This document shows, piece by piece, positions 1-9,889 of a stretch of DNA of 64,000 bases (positions within the stretch are counted from its first letter, which is position 1; every line of letters starts with the position of its first letter). The notes beneath the pieces are model-generated. The model saw only the letters and a list, made by a program, of their open reading frames with translations, was not told the DNA's origin and made no database searches. Origin of the DNA: an uncultured Pseudomonadota bacterium (GTDB lineage Bacteria > Pseudomonadota > Alphaproteobacteria > UBA9219). Position numbers and translations under genes: made by a program. Location of the stretch: NCBI GenBank assembly GCA_903869345.1, contig CAIPYM010000041.1, positions 904-64,903 of the forward strand, read 5' to 3'.

Positions 1-1195
1 TGGATTCACGGTGCCCAAATTCACGACCCATTTTCCCAAAATCATCGCACGTTCGCGGTCCGTGGCGGCTCAACTGTCGGCGGGCGTCAAGCACCTCATG
101 AAAAAGAACAAGATCGAGGTGATTGAGGGCCAAGCCCGTTTTGAAGGCCCCGGAAAAGTGACCGTGCGCTCGGCCAAGGGCGCGGACCTTGGGACGTTCA
201 CGGCCAAGCACATTATTCTGGCGACGGGCGCCCACCCTCGCGCTCTGCCGGGGCTGGAGCCCGACGGCAAGCTGGTCTGGACGCACCGCGAGGCGATGAC
301 TCCGACCCAGCAACCCGCTTCGCTGATTGTGATCGGCTCGGGGGCCATTGGAATTGAGTTCGCGAACTTTTACGCCGCGCTCGGCACAAAGGTGACGGTC
401 GTCGAAGTCATGGACCGGATTTTGCCCGTGGAGGACGAGGAAATCTCGGCCTTCGCCCGCAAAGCGTTTGAAAAGCAGGGCATGACGATTCTGACAAGCG
501 CCAAAGTCACGGCGCTTGATAAGGGCAAGGACAACGTAACGGTGACGGTGGAGCAAAACGGCGCGACTCAGCGCCTGAAGGCCGACCGCGCGATTGTGGC
601 GATTGGCATTGTCGGCAACACGGAAGGTCTGGGGCTGGAGACGACGAAGGTTCGCGTGGACCGGGGCCACATTGTCATCAACGAATGGTGTGCGACGGAC
701 GAGCCCGGAATCTACGCGATTGGCGACGTGGCCGGTCCGCCGTGGCTTGCGCACAAGGCCAGCCACGAGGGTGTCATGTGCATTGAGCGTATCGCGGGTC
801 TGCCCAACGTTCACCCGCTGAACGTGACCAACATTCCCGGATGCACGTACTGCTCGCCGCAAATCGCCAGCGTCGGCCTCACTGAAGCGAAGGCCAAAGC
901 CGCCGGGTACGACATTCGCGTGGGCCGGTTCCCGTTTATTGGCAACGGCAAGGCGATTGCCATGGGCGAGCCCGAGGGATTCGTGAAGACCATCTTTGAT
1001 GCCAAGACCGGGGCGCTTTTGGGGGCGCACATGATCGGCTCGGAAGTCACCGAAATGATCCAGGGCTACACCATCGCCCGCACGATGGAGACCACGGAAA
1101 CCGAGCTGATGCATACCATTTTCCCGCACCCCACCATTTCCGAGGCGATCCACGAAGCCGTCCTCGATGCCTACGGACGGGTTGTGCATATGTGA
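1..1195 (+). CDS. lpdA: dihydrolipoyl dehydrogenase (E3 component), 3' portion; the 5' end lies upstream of the window
   Basis: ORF 11..1195 translation is the central NAD-binding and C-terminal dimerisation region of pyridine-nucleotide-disulfide oxidoreductase, including ...FPHPTISEAIHEA near the C-terminus. The reading frame is open to the window edge. Confidence 0.9.
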   Translation, partial: GFTVPKFTTHFPKIIARSRSVAAQLSAGVKHLMKKNKIEVIEGQARFEGPGKVTVRSAKGADLGTFTAKHIILATGAHPRALPGLEPDGKLVWTHREAMTPTQQPASLIVIGSGAIGIEFANFYAALGTKVTVVEVMDRILPVEDEEISAFARKAFEKQGMTILTSAKVTALDKGKDNVTVTVEQNGATQRLKADRAIVAIGIVGNTEGLGLETTKVRVDRGHIVINEWCATDEPGIYAIGDVAGPPWLAHKASHEGVMCIERIAGLPNVHPLNVTNIPGCTYCSPQIASVGLTEAKAKAAGYDIRVGRFPFIGNGKAIAMGEPEGFVKTIFDAKTGALLGAHMIGSEVTEMIQGYTIARTMETTETELMHTIFPHPTISEAIHEAVLDAYGRVVHM

Positions 1196-1296
1196 GGTTG
1201 GGGGGCGTTCAGAACCACGGCATGGCACAAAACGACTTTTTTGAGCCCCGCCCCCTCGTCCCGTCGTCCCTCCTCCCTTCCGTCGTCCCCCCCACC

Positions 1297-1326
1297 GTCA
1301 TCCCGGCGAAAGCCGGGATCCCGAGC
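1297..1326. repeat. REP-A dispersed repeat copy (core inverted repeat ATCCCGGCGAAAGCCGGGAT)
   Basis: gtcatcccggcgaaagccgggatcccgag is nearly identical, as a reverse complement, to copies at 30875, 36063, 41184 and 53207. It produces the spurious 'IPAKAGI/PAFAGMT' peptides in the ORF track. Confidence 0.8.
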
Positions 1327-1420
1327 CATTTTCCTGGGGCGAAACAGAAAGGCCAAGGGACCCTTCCTTTCGGTTGAAACAGGGGCAAAACCCGATTAAA
1401 AATATTTTCAATCAACATAG

Positions 1421-1449
1421 TTGACATTTGCAAACAGGCAGGTTACATT
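1421..1449 (+). promoter_or_regulatory. candidate sigma70-type promoter (TTGACA-17-TACATT) at the start of a 650-bp ORF-free low-GC stretch
   Basis: ttgacatttgcaaacaggcaggttacatt has a consensus -35, exact 17-nt spacing and a 4/6 match at -10. The next credible CDS starts at 2082. Confidence 0.35.
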
Positions 1450-2081
1450 ACCCTTCCGAGCGGCCGGTAGGACCACCGGGGAAGATGTGCAGGAGAGCAG
1501 TGATGGGCAGACGCAGAGGGACAGCTGAACCACAGAAAACGTCTAAAGCAGTCGTAAGGTTGAAGGACAGATCCCTGCATTTAATCAGCATAACCGTCGT
1601 TGTGAAATTGTCAGGACAACACAGCGCCTCTTTTCAACTAAGGGGCATAGAGGAAAGAGCAAGAGAAAGTCTTCGTTATGACTTAGGAATAGTAGGGGGA
1701 GTTTTTCCGTCACAACCTCCACCACCTTCAAATTTACGCCTTGGTTCCCATATCACATTCTCAAATCACAATCTACACGAGATTCTGAGAGGTGTTGGTT
1801 GGGTGTTGGAACGGTTGCCACGGGAGTTTGTCACCCCTGACAGGAGCCCACATGCAAAAAAAGCCGCGAACCAAAGCATTACACTCGAGCTTCGTAAAGC
1901 AGTGGCGAGGGCCCAGCAAGCCGTAGGAAGAAGGCCTCCACCGCCCTCGCGCACCCCAGCACCCATTCGATCGCAGCCAAGCCCCCCTCAACAATCGGGC
2001 GCAGGCACGGCTCCGGGGTGACCCTCGAAAGGCAACGACGACCAGAAATTTGAACCATCCACCAAGGGCAAGGAGAGGAAA

Positions 2082-2720
2082 ATGGGGAAAAAAGCAATCA
2101 CTGTGGAAGAATTTCTCCGCGACTTTCAGCGTGCGGCTTCCGGTGGTGAGCCCATCGTTGTGGTCGATGTTAGGACGCGAAAAGAAAAGGACGCTGGAGG
2201 GCTTCTTGCCTCCATTCCCGGCGTTCGTGTTCTGCATGTCCCCATCAATGGGGATAATCATCTGATAGAGGGAAGAGACAGCGATGGCAATGAAGTTATT
2301 TGGGATCAGGAAGCGTCTTTTCTTCCGGCTCTAAAAACGGCCCTCAAAGAAGCTGGCTTTAATGATAACCCCCCCCCGCCAAAAGTCTATTTTATTTGCA
2401 GAACAAACAAACGCTCGCCCCATGCGGTCATGGCAACAGCAGCGGAAGAGGAATTACTCGTCAGTGGGGAATCTGTCTCTGTAACCGGTGGTCTGGACGA
2501 ATTGGCGCGGAGACTTTCAGCAGGACAAGTTGGCCGTTTACGCATTGGGTACGGAAGGATCATTGACCTCAAAGAGGGAAGACCTTACAAACACGCCCCC
2601 TCGTTTCCCAGAGGTCTAGAGCGTTGGGCCCCCCGTCGCGTCCGTTGGGCAGCCCCGTCTGCACCCGTTCACCCGCAGCGTCGCGCATACGGCGAGCGCC
2701 ATCCTCAGGCAGCCCCATGA
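2082..2720 (+). CDS. rhodanese-like (sulfurtransferase) domain protein; the 3' end is uncertain
   Basis: Strong RBS aaggagagg precedes the ATG. The translation contains VVVDVRTRKEKD...IPGV..HVPI and an active-site-like loop FICRTNKRS (C-x4-R). GC is lower than in surrounding genes. The C-terminal 50 aa look non-native. Confidence 0.5.
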   Translation: MGKKAITVEEFLRDFQRAASGGEPIVVVDVRTRKEKDAGGLLASIPGVRVLHVPINGDNHLIEGRDSDGNEVIWDQEASFLPALKTALKEAGFNDNPPPPKVYFICRTNKRSPHAVMATAAEEELLVSGESVSVTGGLDELARRLSAGQVGRLRIGYGRIIDLKEGRPYKHAPSFPRGLERWAPRRVRWAAPSAPVHPQRRAYGERHPQAAP

Positions 2721-2837
2721 CCCCGATCGTCCTCCCCGCCCGAGGCACGGGCTCCCGCTGTTGTTCCGATCTCTGTCGAATGTTCGGAGGTTCTCCCATG
2801 ACCTAAATCCACGCATGATCCTGAAAGGAAAAAGCCC

Positions 2838-3614
2838 ATGTCCGCCGCCGTCACCCTTGCAGGTTCTGCGCCTCTTACAAAAGACCTTCCCCTGAAGGCA
2901 ATCGCTACTGTCTGGTATGCTGGCGGCCTTCCCCGTTCTTCGACGCTTGATGAGGCATTGGGAGGAAATCCCCTCCCCGCGCCTGTGGTCATCGGGCTCG
3001 GGCAAAGCTCGTATCCGCAATGGGATGACGACCCGACTCGAGGACGCCTGTTCCGCCTTGAGCGTTTTTTAGCCAACCCTTTAGACCCCGGCGCTCGTTG
3101 GGGTGTTTTTCACGAGGCCCCGTGGGAGACAGGGGCTTCCGCCAACCTTCTTTATGTGGACACCCAGGGGTTTAACGTCCAACCCACGCAAGAACGTTGG
3201 GTGGACCTGATGGCGGCCACGCTGCACGCTGCCGTTCAAGGTGGTCGCGTGGATTACGCCAAACGTCTTGTTGAGGAGGCTGTGGACGCCGAACGCGGGC
3301 GTGTTTCAATGGGTGTAACCGCCACGAGCAGCAATGTTCATCGTGGCCCCCTCCCTTTCAGTACCGCTGCCGCTACCGTTCAAGCTTTTAAAGTGTTGCA
3401 ACGTCGTCTGGGGCGTTCGGCGTTTGAGCATGCAGGTTTTCATGATTTAGCCAAACATCTTGCCACCAGAGCTGGAAGAATTGTTTATCTTGGAACAGAA
3501 ATCGTACACTATGCGCACGACAGCCCAGCCGCACAGATCATCCAGGGGCTTGAACGCGTTGCCGTGCGTGCACAAAGCATAGCGGATGGTGGTCTCTATC
3601 CGATACCAGGTTAA
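2838..3614 (+). CDS. hypothetical protein (258 aa), no recognisable domain
   Basis: Long ORF with an RBS-like ggaaaggaaaaagcccATG, lying in the low-GC patch between lpdA and rlmE. Confidence 0.45.
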   Translation: MSAAVTLAGSAPLTKDLPLKAIATVWYAGGLPRSSTLDEALGGNPLPAPVVIGLGQSSYPQWDDDPTRGRLFRLERFLANPLDPGARWGVFHEAPWETGASANLLYVDTQGFNVQPTQERWVDLMAATLHAAVQGGRVDYAKRLVEEAVDAERGRVSMGVTATSSNVHRGPLPFSTAAATVQAFKVLQRRLGRSAFEHAGFHDLAKHLATRAGRIVYLGTEIVHYAHDSPAAQIIQGLERVAVRAQSIADGGLYPIPG

Positions 3615-3751
3615 GGGAACAGACCCCTCGTTGGCCCTCTTGACGGAAAAGGCTCTTGCAAAGAGCCTCACAACAGGGGCAAGAGTTTTTGTCCGTCACC
3701 AATGTGTCGCACTTTTGGGACGGGCATGAACGCGGCGAGACGCCGACGAGG

Positions 3752-4462
3752 ATGATCATGAAAGGCCATGGGGGGCACAGGGGAATCGGTGGGGCAGCGT
3801 CGTCGCGGCGGCGAGCGGCGGTGACGTTGCACGACGCCCCTGGTGGACGCAGCGAAGCCTCGCGGCGCTGGCTGCGGCGGCAACTGAACGATCCCTACGT
3901 CGCGGCGGCGCGCGAGTCAGGCTTTCGATCACGCGCAGCGTTTAAGCTGGAACAATTGAACCAAAAGTTTCGGTTTTTAAAGCCGGGTCTGGCCGTTGTG
4001 GACCTGGGCTCCGCCCCCGGCGGGTGGAGCCAGGTTGCCGCGCAGACCGTGGGCCCCTCCGGGTGCGTGGTGGCCTGCGATCTTCTCCCCATGGACCCGG
4101 TCCCGCACGTTCTGTTCCGGCAAGGGGATTTCACGGACGAGGCCACCGACGTTTGGGTGCGGGAGGCTCTGGCAGGGCGGGCGGTGGATGTTGTGCTCTC
4201 GGATATGGCCCCCGCAACGACGGGCCATCCGAGCGTGGATCATGCCCGGATTTTGACCCTCGCCGAACGCGCTTTGGCGTTTGCCAGCGCGACGTTGGCG
4301 CCGGGCGGTGCGTTTGTGACCAAGCTGTTTCAGGGTGGCGGTGAGCAAGCCTTTGTGACGCTCTTGCGGACACACTTCCAAACGGCGCGTTACGCCAAGC
4401 CCGCCGCGAGTCGCTCGGAATCGTCCGAAGTGTACATTGTCGCCCAGGGCTTTCGGGCCTAG
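3752..4462 (+). CDS. rlmE: 23S rRNA (uridine2552-2'-O)-methyltransferase RlmE/FtsJ
   Basis: RWLRRQLNDPYV...SRAAFKLEQL...VVDLGSAPGGWSQV...VVLSDMAP are canonical FtsJ motifs. The start was chosen at the in-frame ATG 3752 (MIMKGHGG), as in other RlmE N-termini. Confidence 0.9.
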   Translation: MIMKGHGGHRGIGGAASSRRRAAVTLHDAPGGRSEASRRWLRRQLNDPYVAAARESGFRSRAAFKLEQLNQKFRFLKPGLAVVDLGSAPGGWSQVAAQTVGPSGCVVACDLLPMDPVPHVLFRQGDFTDEATDVWVREALAGRAVDVVLSDMAPATTGHPSVDHARILTLAERALAFASATLAPGGAFVTKLFQGGGEQAFVTLLRTHFQTARYAKPAASRSESSEVYIVAQGFRA

Positions 4463-4583
4463 GCCACAAGCGGGGCCTGGCAACGGTTGTCCCCCGGCCG
4501 ATGGGAGAACCTTCCGGCCTGCCCAAGCCCCTGGGTTCCCGCGTGCGGGACAAAGCGGCCCTTTGCGTGTATTTCTTGTCCCC

Positions 4584-5540
4584 ATGGCCTCCACTTCCCC
4601 CCGATCCCTTCCCGCATTTGCCGTTGAGGTCCAGGACCTCCGCAAGGCCTATCCCGGCTCCAACGGTGCGCCCGCACGGGAGGCGCTGAAGGGTGTCAGC
4701 CTGGCCATTCCGCGCGGCAGCATCTTTGGCCTTTTGGGGCCCAACGGCGCGGGGAAATCCACGCTGATCAACATCCTCGCGGGGCTCACGCGGAAGACCT
4801 CGGGCCAGGTGCGGGTCTGGGACAAGGACGTTGATCGCGAGTCCCGCGAAGCCCGTGGCGCGATTGGCGTTGTCCCGCAAGAACTGAACTTCGATGCCTT
4901 TTTCACCGCCCGAGTCCTCTTGGAGTTCCAGGCGGGCCTGCAGGGTGTGCCCGTGCGGGAGCGGCAAACCGACGCGCTGCTGGCGGCGTTCGAGCTCACC
5001 AGCGTGGCGGATTTACGCGTGCGCGCGTTGTCGGGGGGCATGCGTCGCCGCCTGATGGTGGCGAAGGCCCTGGTGCATAACCCGCCTGTTCTTGTCCTGG
5101 ATGAGCCCACCGCAGGCGTGGATGTGGAGCTGCGCCAAAGCCTGTGGGCCTATGTCCGCCGCCTGAACCAGAAGGGCACGACGATTCTGCTGACGACTCA
5201 TTACCTGGAGGAGGCCGAAGCGCTCTGTGACCGCTTGGCGATTATCCACGAGGGCCAGGTGGTCGCGAACGACCGCAAGACCACGCTGCTCCGGCGTTTG
5301 GACACCAAGCGAGTCCAGGTTCGGGTTGAAAGCGGTGGCCCGACCCTTCCCCCGGCCTTGGCCGAGCAAGGATGGGCCTTGACCGCCCCGCACCTGCTGG
5401 AGATCACGTACAAGCCCAGCGCGACCGCCCTCGGCCCCCTGCTCGCCGCCCTTCAGCGCCACGGATTCACGGTCGCCGATATTTCCACCCATGAACCCGA
5501 CCTTGAGGACGTGTTCCTGAAACTCACGCGACGGGGATAG
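4584..5540 (+). CDS. ABC transporter ATP-binding protein (ABC-2 type), with no adjacent permease gene
   Basis: Walker A GPNGAGKST, signature LSGGMRRRL, Walker B VLVLDEPTAGVD. The start was set at MASTSPRS (ATG 4584). Confidence 0.85.
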   Translation: MASTSPRSLPAFAVEVQDLRKAYPGSNGAPAREALKGVSLAIPRGSIFGLLGPNGAGKSTLINILAGLTRKTSGQVRVWDKDVDRESREARGAIGVVPQELNFDAFFTARVLLEFQAGLQGVPVRERQTDALLAAFELTSVADLRVRALSGGMRRRLMVAKALVHNPPVLVLDEPTAGVDVELRQSLWAYVRRLNQKGTTILLTTHYLEEAEALCDRLAIIHEGQVVANDRKTTLLRRLDTKRVQVRVESGGPTLPPALAEQGWALTAPHLLEITYKPSATALGPLLAALQRHGFTVADISTHEPDLEDVFLKLTRRG

Positions 5541-5657
5541 GGGACACAACCAAGCGATTCTATCGTCCATCCCAACAAAAAACGATCATCGAAAACCAAC
5601 GAAAAGGCCGGACACACCGAGGAAAGAATTGCGCCTTGATCGGTGAAAACGGAGATT

Positions 5658-5731
5658 TGGTTGGGGGACGTGGATTCGAACCACGGTAAACAGAGTCAGA
5701 GTCTGTTGTCCTACCGCTAGACGATCCCCCA
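5658..5731 (-). tRNA. tRNA-Gln (anticodon CUG)
   Basis: Hand-folded 74-nt cloverleaf on the minus strand: acceptor TGGGGGA/TCCCCCA, D-arm AGCGGTAGG, anticodon stem ACAGA/TCTGT with loop CTCTGAC, T-arm GGTTCGAATCC, 3' ACCA. Confidence 0.85.
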
Positions 5732-5871
5732 AGCGCGGGGCTTTTCCAACCCTTCTTTGTGTCCGCTCCCAAGGGAGCGGAAAAGGTGGCGCAACCCACG
5801 GCGTTCTTTTCACAAAAAAGTCCGTGAGGCAACAGAATGCCTTGCGGTTTTTTCGCGAGATGCCCCCGGAC

Positions 5872-6609
5872 CTAGATGACCCCTGACGCGGCACGACGGG
5901 CGGCGGCGGGTGTTTCCTCCATCAGATCATCTTCCAGCGCCGTCACAAACTTTGCGGCATCCCGTAGGCCGTTGCCGGGGTTTTGTTGAACGCCAGGAGC
6001 GGCAGCACCCACCACTTGGACTTCGCCAATGATTTGCCCCCCGGCCACAACCTCAAGTTCACCGTACTTGACCATGCCGCTGATTCGCCCGGTTCCACGC
6101 ACGAGCAAGCGTCCATGCACCGTGAGTTGGCCGTCGTAGCGTCCCGCAATGTCAGCGTTCTCGATTTCAACGGCGCCGCGGAATTGGCCGCTTTCCGTGA
6201 TCTCCAGCAGCTTGCCTTCGCCGAGTTTAGCTTCCACCTTGCCTTCGACCACGAGGACATCGCACGCAGCAATTTCGCCCGAAAGGGCGAGCCCGCGCCC
6301 AACGATCAGTTTGCGATCACCCGAGTCGATGCGTCCACTGCCACGCTGAGGTTCCGAATCGCCTCGGCGGGGTCCCGTTGTGCCCGAAGGCGAGGATTCA
6401 TGACGCCGCGCTTGAGGCGGTGGCAGGGGCGGAGGAGGGGCCATCGCTGCGACGGTTGCCGCCGCTGCGGGGCTGCGCCCGAGGGGGGCTTCGACCGTGC
6501 GTGCGGGGACCACGACGGACACGCCCGAAGGCGAACCGTCACGCGGGGGATCATTTCTGCCGACATTATCGTTTCCACGTCCACCAAACATTTTGCCCTC
6601 CCTAGCCAT
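5872..6609 (-). CDS. bactofilin (CcmA-like polymer-forming cytoskeletal protein)
   Basis: Central beta-helical bactofilin repeat (LIVGRGLALSGEIAACDVLVVEGKVEAKL...) followed by a Pro/Ala-rich tail. The true start may be the internal M (MFGG...). Confidence 0.75.
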   Translation of the reverse strand: MAREGKMFGGRGNDNVGRNDPPRDGSPSGVSVVVPARTVEAPLGRSPAAAATVAAMAPPPPLPPPQARRHESSPSGTTGPRRGDSEPQRGSGRIDSGDRKLIVGRGLALSGEIAACDVLVVEGKVEAKLGEGKLLEITESGQFRGAVEIENADIAGRYDGQLTVHGRLLVRGTGRISGMVKYGELEVVAGGQIIGEVQVVGAAAPGVQQNPGNGLRDAAKFVTALEDDLMEETPAAARRAASGVI

Positions 6610-6803
6610 GTGAAACCCCCCTTAGGTTAACTTCTGTTGGCTCTATCACGCTCCCTTAGGGGGCGCAAGACGAACCCGTGGCCTGCGGACGATTTTTCTT
6701 GTTGTGTGAGGTGAAAAAGGCCGTTGACGAACCCATGATGTTCTGTGCCCGCGTTTCGGGAAACCGTTGGCTTTCCTAGGGCTTCCGTGATTCCAGGCGG
6801 GGT

Positions 6804-8660
6804 TCAAACGCCTGCCACGTTGCGTTTTTGACAGGCCAACAGGATATCCCGTGCGATAGGGGCTGCGTCGTGCGCTCCGCTGCCACCATGCTCCACAACG
6901 ACGGCCACGGCGTACTGTGGCGCTGTAAGAGGCGCGTACCCGACAAAAAGGGCATGATCGCGCTCTTTCCACGCAAGATCGGCGTTGGCGATGACGCCCT
7001 CGGCGCGTTCGGCGGTGCTGATACGGCGGACCTGGGCCGTGCCCGTCTTACCGGCCATGGCCAGTTCGTCCTCCAGAATGCGAGCACCGTAAGCCGTTCC
7101 GATGGGTTCGGTCACAACGGCCGCCAGAGCATCTTGAAGAAGGCTGAGGTTATCGGCATCAAACCCAAGGGAATCTCCCCCCGAGTTCTCGCCTTCGTGG
7201 GCGCCGTGTGCTGAGGACTCCGCCCGAATCAGGTGAGGGGTCACCGCGTGGCCACCATTCACGACTCGGGCCATCATGATGGCCAGTTGCAAGGGCGTGG
7301 CCGTGATATAACCTTGCCCAATGGCTGTGATCAGAGTCTCGCCCAGCTGCCATTCGTGGTGGCGATTCGCCTTCTTCCAAGCGCGTCCCGGCATCAACCC
7401 GCCGCGCTCGTGGGGCAGATCAATACCGACCTTGCTCCCGAGGCCGAGACGTTGGGCCATGGCCTGCAGGCGGTCAATGCCAACGTGTTGCCCCAACTGG
7501 TAAAAGTAGGTGTCGCAGGAGCCCGCCATCGCATGGCGCAGGTTGACCGTGCCGTGGCCTCCGTGTTTCCAACAGTGAAAGAGGTGTCCGCCAAGATCAA
7601 AATAGCCGGGGCAGAAGACGGTCTTTTGAGGATCCAACAGGCCCGCTTCCAGTCCCGCAAGCGTCGTCACGATTTTGAACGTTGATCCTGGGGCGTAGAG
7701 CCCCCCGATTGCTTTGTTAAGGAGCGGCGCGAACGGGTTGCCGGTCAGTTGATCCCATTCCGTTTGGTGAATGCCGTACACGAAGGCGTTGGGGTCGAAT
7801 CCTGGGTGCGAGGCCAGCGCGTACACCGCTCCCGTGTGGACGTCCAGAACAACGGCGGACGAGCTCTCTGTTTTAGCGAGTTGTTGGAGAACGTCTTGCT
7901 GAAGGCCAATGTCGAGGCTGAGCGTCACGTCGTGCCCGGCAAGGGGTTTTTGACGGGCGAGCTCACGAATCACGCGGCCATGGGCGTTCACCTCAAGCTG
8001 AACGTTTCCAACCTTGCCGCACAAGAGAGAGTCATACTGCTTTTCCAAGCCGTTTTTCCCGATTCGGAGCCCCGGAATCGCGGGAAAAGCACGTCCTTCC
8101 TTGTCGGCGGTGTCAATGTCCCGCGAATCGAGGGGACCCGTGTGCCCCAGCACATGGGCCATATCCGCGCCGTAGGGGTAGAATCGGGCCTCGCCGACCT
8201 CGATGTCCATGCCGCCGAGCTCGGGCATGTGCAGCGACAGCGCGGCGACTTGCTCCCACGTCAGGTTGTCGTAAACAAGAATGGCTTGGCGGTTTCGGCG
8301 ACGTTTCAAGTCGCGCACGATTTTATCCGCGTCACCCTCTGTCAAAGGAATCAGCGTCTGGATTTTGGCGAGCAGGACCTCAGCATCGTCCACGCGCTCG
8401 GGAATCAGGACCAGGCGATAGTTCTGCTGGTTGAGGGCGAGCGGCACGTTGCCCCGGTCCAGAATCTGGCCGCGCGGCGGAGGCAGAAACCGCAGACTGA
8501 TTCGGTTCTCTTCCGCCAGCGTGCGGTAACGGTCGCCCTTGAGGATTTGCAGGTCGTAAAGCCGTCCGACCAGCACGGCCAAAAGCCCCGCCTGGGCTCC
8601 GCCGAGAAGAAGGGCGCGCCGCGTGAACAGGCGCGCACGGGAGTTATCTTGGGCCATCAT
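6804..8660 (-). CDS. mrdA: penicillin-binding protein 2 (peptidoglycan D,D-transpeptidase MrdA)
   Basis: PBP dimerisation and transpeptidase domains with SxxK (STFK). The N-terminal TM after MMAQDNSRARLFTRRALLLGG was chosen as the start (8660). Confidence 0.85.
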   Translation of the reverse strand: MMAQDNSRARLFTRRALLLGGAQAGLLAVLVGRLYDLQILKGDRYRTLAEENRISLRFLPPPRGQILDRGNVPLALNQQNYRLVLIPERVDDAEVLLAKIQTLIPLTEGDADKIVRDLKRRRNRQAILVYDNLTWEQVAALSLHMPELGGMDIEVGEARFYPYGADMAHVLGHTGPLDSRDIDTADKEGRAFPAIPGLRIGKNGLEKQYDSLLCGKVGNVQLEVNAHGRVIRELARQKPLAGHDVTLSLDIGLQQDVLQQLAKTESSSAVVLDVHTGAVYALASHPGFDPNAFVYGIHQTEWDQLTGNPFAPLLNKAIGGLYAPGSTFKIVTTLAGLEAGLLDPQKTVFCPGYFDLGGHLFHCWKHGGHGTVNLRHAMAGSCDTYFYQLGQHVGIDRLQAMAQRLGLGSKVGIDLPHERGGLMPGRAWKKANRHHEWQLGETLITAIGQGYITATPLQLAIMMARVVNGGHAVTPHLIRAESSAHGAHEGENSGGDSLGFDADNLSLLQDALAAVVTEPIGTAYGARILEDELAMAGKTGTAQVRRISTAERAEGVIANADLAWKERDHALFVGYAPLTAPQYAVAVVVEHGGSGAHDAAPIARDILLACQKRNVAGV

Positions 8661-8823
8661 TGCCGGGGCCTCGTACCTGTCCGCGTGACGAAGCAGACTA
8701 CCCGACCCAGCTTTGAAGGCCAAACCTTGGCCTGATTTGTGACCTGATTGGGGCCTGACTTGGAGGTTAGGCCGCCGTGGAGTACACACAAAGGCACGGA
8801 CGTTCCGGGTTCAGGAGGCAACA

Positions 8824-9285
8824 ATGCGCTGCCCTTTTTGTGGTCACGAGGATACGCAGGTCAAAGACAGCCGTGCGAGCGAAGACGATTCGGCCATTCG
8901 GCGACGGCGTTTGTGCTCGGCGTGCGGAGCGCGTTTCACGACGTGTGAGCGCGTTCAAATCCGTGATCTGGTTGTTTTGAAGAAAAGCGGGGCGCGCAAA
9001 CCGTTTGAGCGGGAAAAGTTGGCGCGCTCGCTGCGTGTGGCGTTGCGGAAAAGGCCTGTGGACGATGACGTATTGGATCGTGTTGTCGCGAATCTCGTGC
9101 GGCGCATGGAAACGCTGGGCGAGACCGAGATTTCAACCCAGGCCATCGGTACGATGGTCCTGGAAACCCTGAGGGACCTCGATCTTGTGGCCTATGTGCG
9201 CTACGCCTCTGTCTACAACGATTTTCGAACCCCGGCTGATTTCCACGCGTTTGTCGCAAGTCTGCCGACCGACGCTGGGGAGTGA
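8824..9285 (+). CDS. nrdR: transcriptional repressor NrdR
   Basis: [17 protein letters not shown]...[11 protein letters not shown] is the zinc ribbon and ATP-cone, closely matching the NrdR family along its full length. Confidence 0.95.
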   Translation: MRCPFCGHEDTQVKDSRASEDDSAIRRRRLCSACGARFTTCERVQIRDLVVLKKSGARKPFEREKLARSLRVALRKRPVDDDVLDRVVANLVRRMETLGETEISTQAIGTMVLETLRDLDLVAYVRYASVYNDFRTPADFHAFVASLPTDAGE

Positions 9286-9292
9286 TCGGGCT

Positions 9293-9880
9293 GTGTTCAC
9301 CGGAATCATCCAAGATATCGGCACGGTGCGGGCCCTTGAGGGAGGCAACCGCGTCGTACGGATCGGAACGCGCTTGCCGTTGGGGGATGTGGTCCTCGGC
9401 GCGTCCATCGCGTGCTCGGGCGTGTGTCTGACCGTTGTGCGAAAAACCGAGTCCGATTTTACGGCCGAGCTCTCGCCGGAGACGTTGGCCAAAACAACGG
9501 CGGCCACGTGGACGGTCGGGGGGCAGCTCAACCTGGAGCGTCCCTTGCGACTCGGTGACGAGCTGGGCGGGCATCTTGTGTTGGGCCATGTGGATGGTTG
9601 TTGTGAGATGCATGCGCGGCACGAGGACGGCCCAAACGCGGTGTGTGTGTTTCAAACCCCGCCGGACCTCGCGCGTTTTCTCGCGCCCAAAGGATCGGTT
9701 GTCCTGGATGGCATTTCGTTGACGCTGGTGGAGGCGGACCGGGACCACTTCAGCGTCGCGCTTATTCCCCATACCCTCAGCGTGACGACCGCGAGCACGT
9801 GGGCCCCCGGCCGGAGGGTGAACCTTGAAGTGGATGTCCTCGCCCGTTACGTGGATCGTCTGCTCACCAAAGCGCTGTAA
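9293..9880 (+). CDS. ribE: riboflavin synthase alpha subunit
   Basis: Begins (V/M)FTGIIQDIGTV in the same frame as ORF 9185..9880, with a GTG start at 9293 immediately after the nrdR stop. Two lumazine-binding repeats are present. Confidence 0.85.
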   Translation: MFTGIIQDIGTVRALEGGNRVVRIGTRLPLGDVVLGASIACSGVCLTVVRKTESDFTAELSPETLAKTTAATWTVGGQLNLERPLRLGDELGGHLVLGHVDGCCEMHARHEDGPNAVCVFQTPPDLARFLAPKGSVVLDGISLTLVEADRDHFSVALIPHTLSVTTASTWAPGRRVNLEVDVLARYVDRLLTKAL

Positions 9881-9889
9881 GCGCCGCGT

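Noticed and set aside
1209-1433. Overlapping ORFs 1171..1356, 1192..1377 and 1209..1433 encoding 'IPAKAGIPSHFP' / 'PAFAGMTVGG' peptides; similar ORFs occur at 30856..31248, 41036..41377 and 53121..53429.
   Set aside because: These are translations of the REP-A palindrome in different frames and strands. The same peptide recurring at every repeat copy is the hallmark of a repeat-encoded artefact, not a gene.
1428-2021. ORF of 197 aa in the low-GC stretch after lpdA.
   Set aside because: It has a low-complexity, Pro/Arg-rich C-terminus, no RBS and no recognisable domain. The region is more likely a leader or noncoding; it was kept only as part of the finding on the low-GC patch.
5745-5785. Hairpin CCGCTCCC-AAG-GGAGCGG between tRNA-Gln and the bactofilin gene, considered as a terminator.
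   Set aside because: No T-run follows the hairpin on either strand, so an intrinsic terminator call is not supported.
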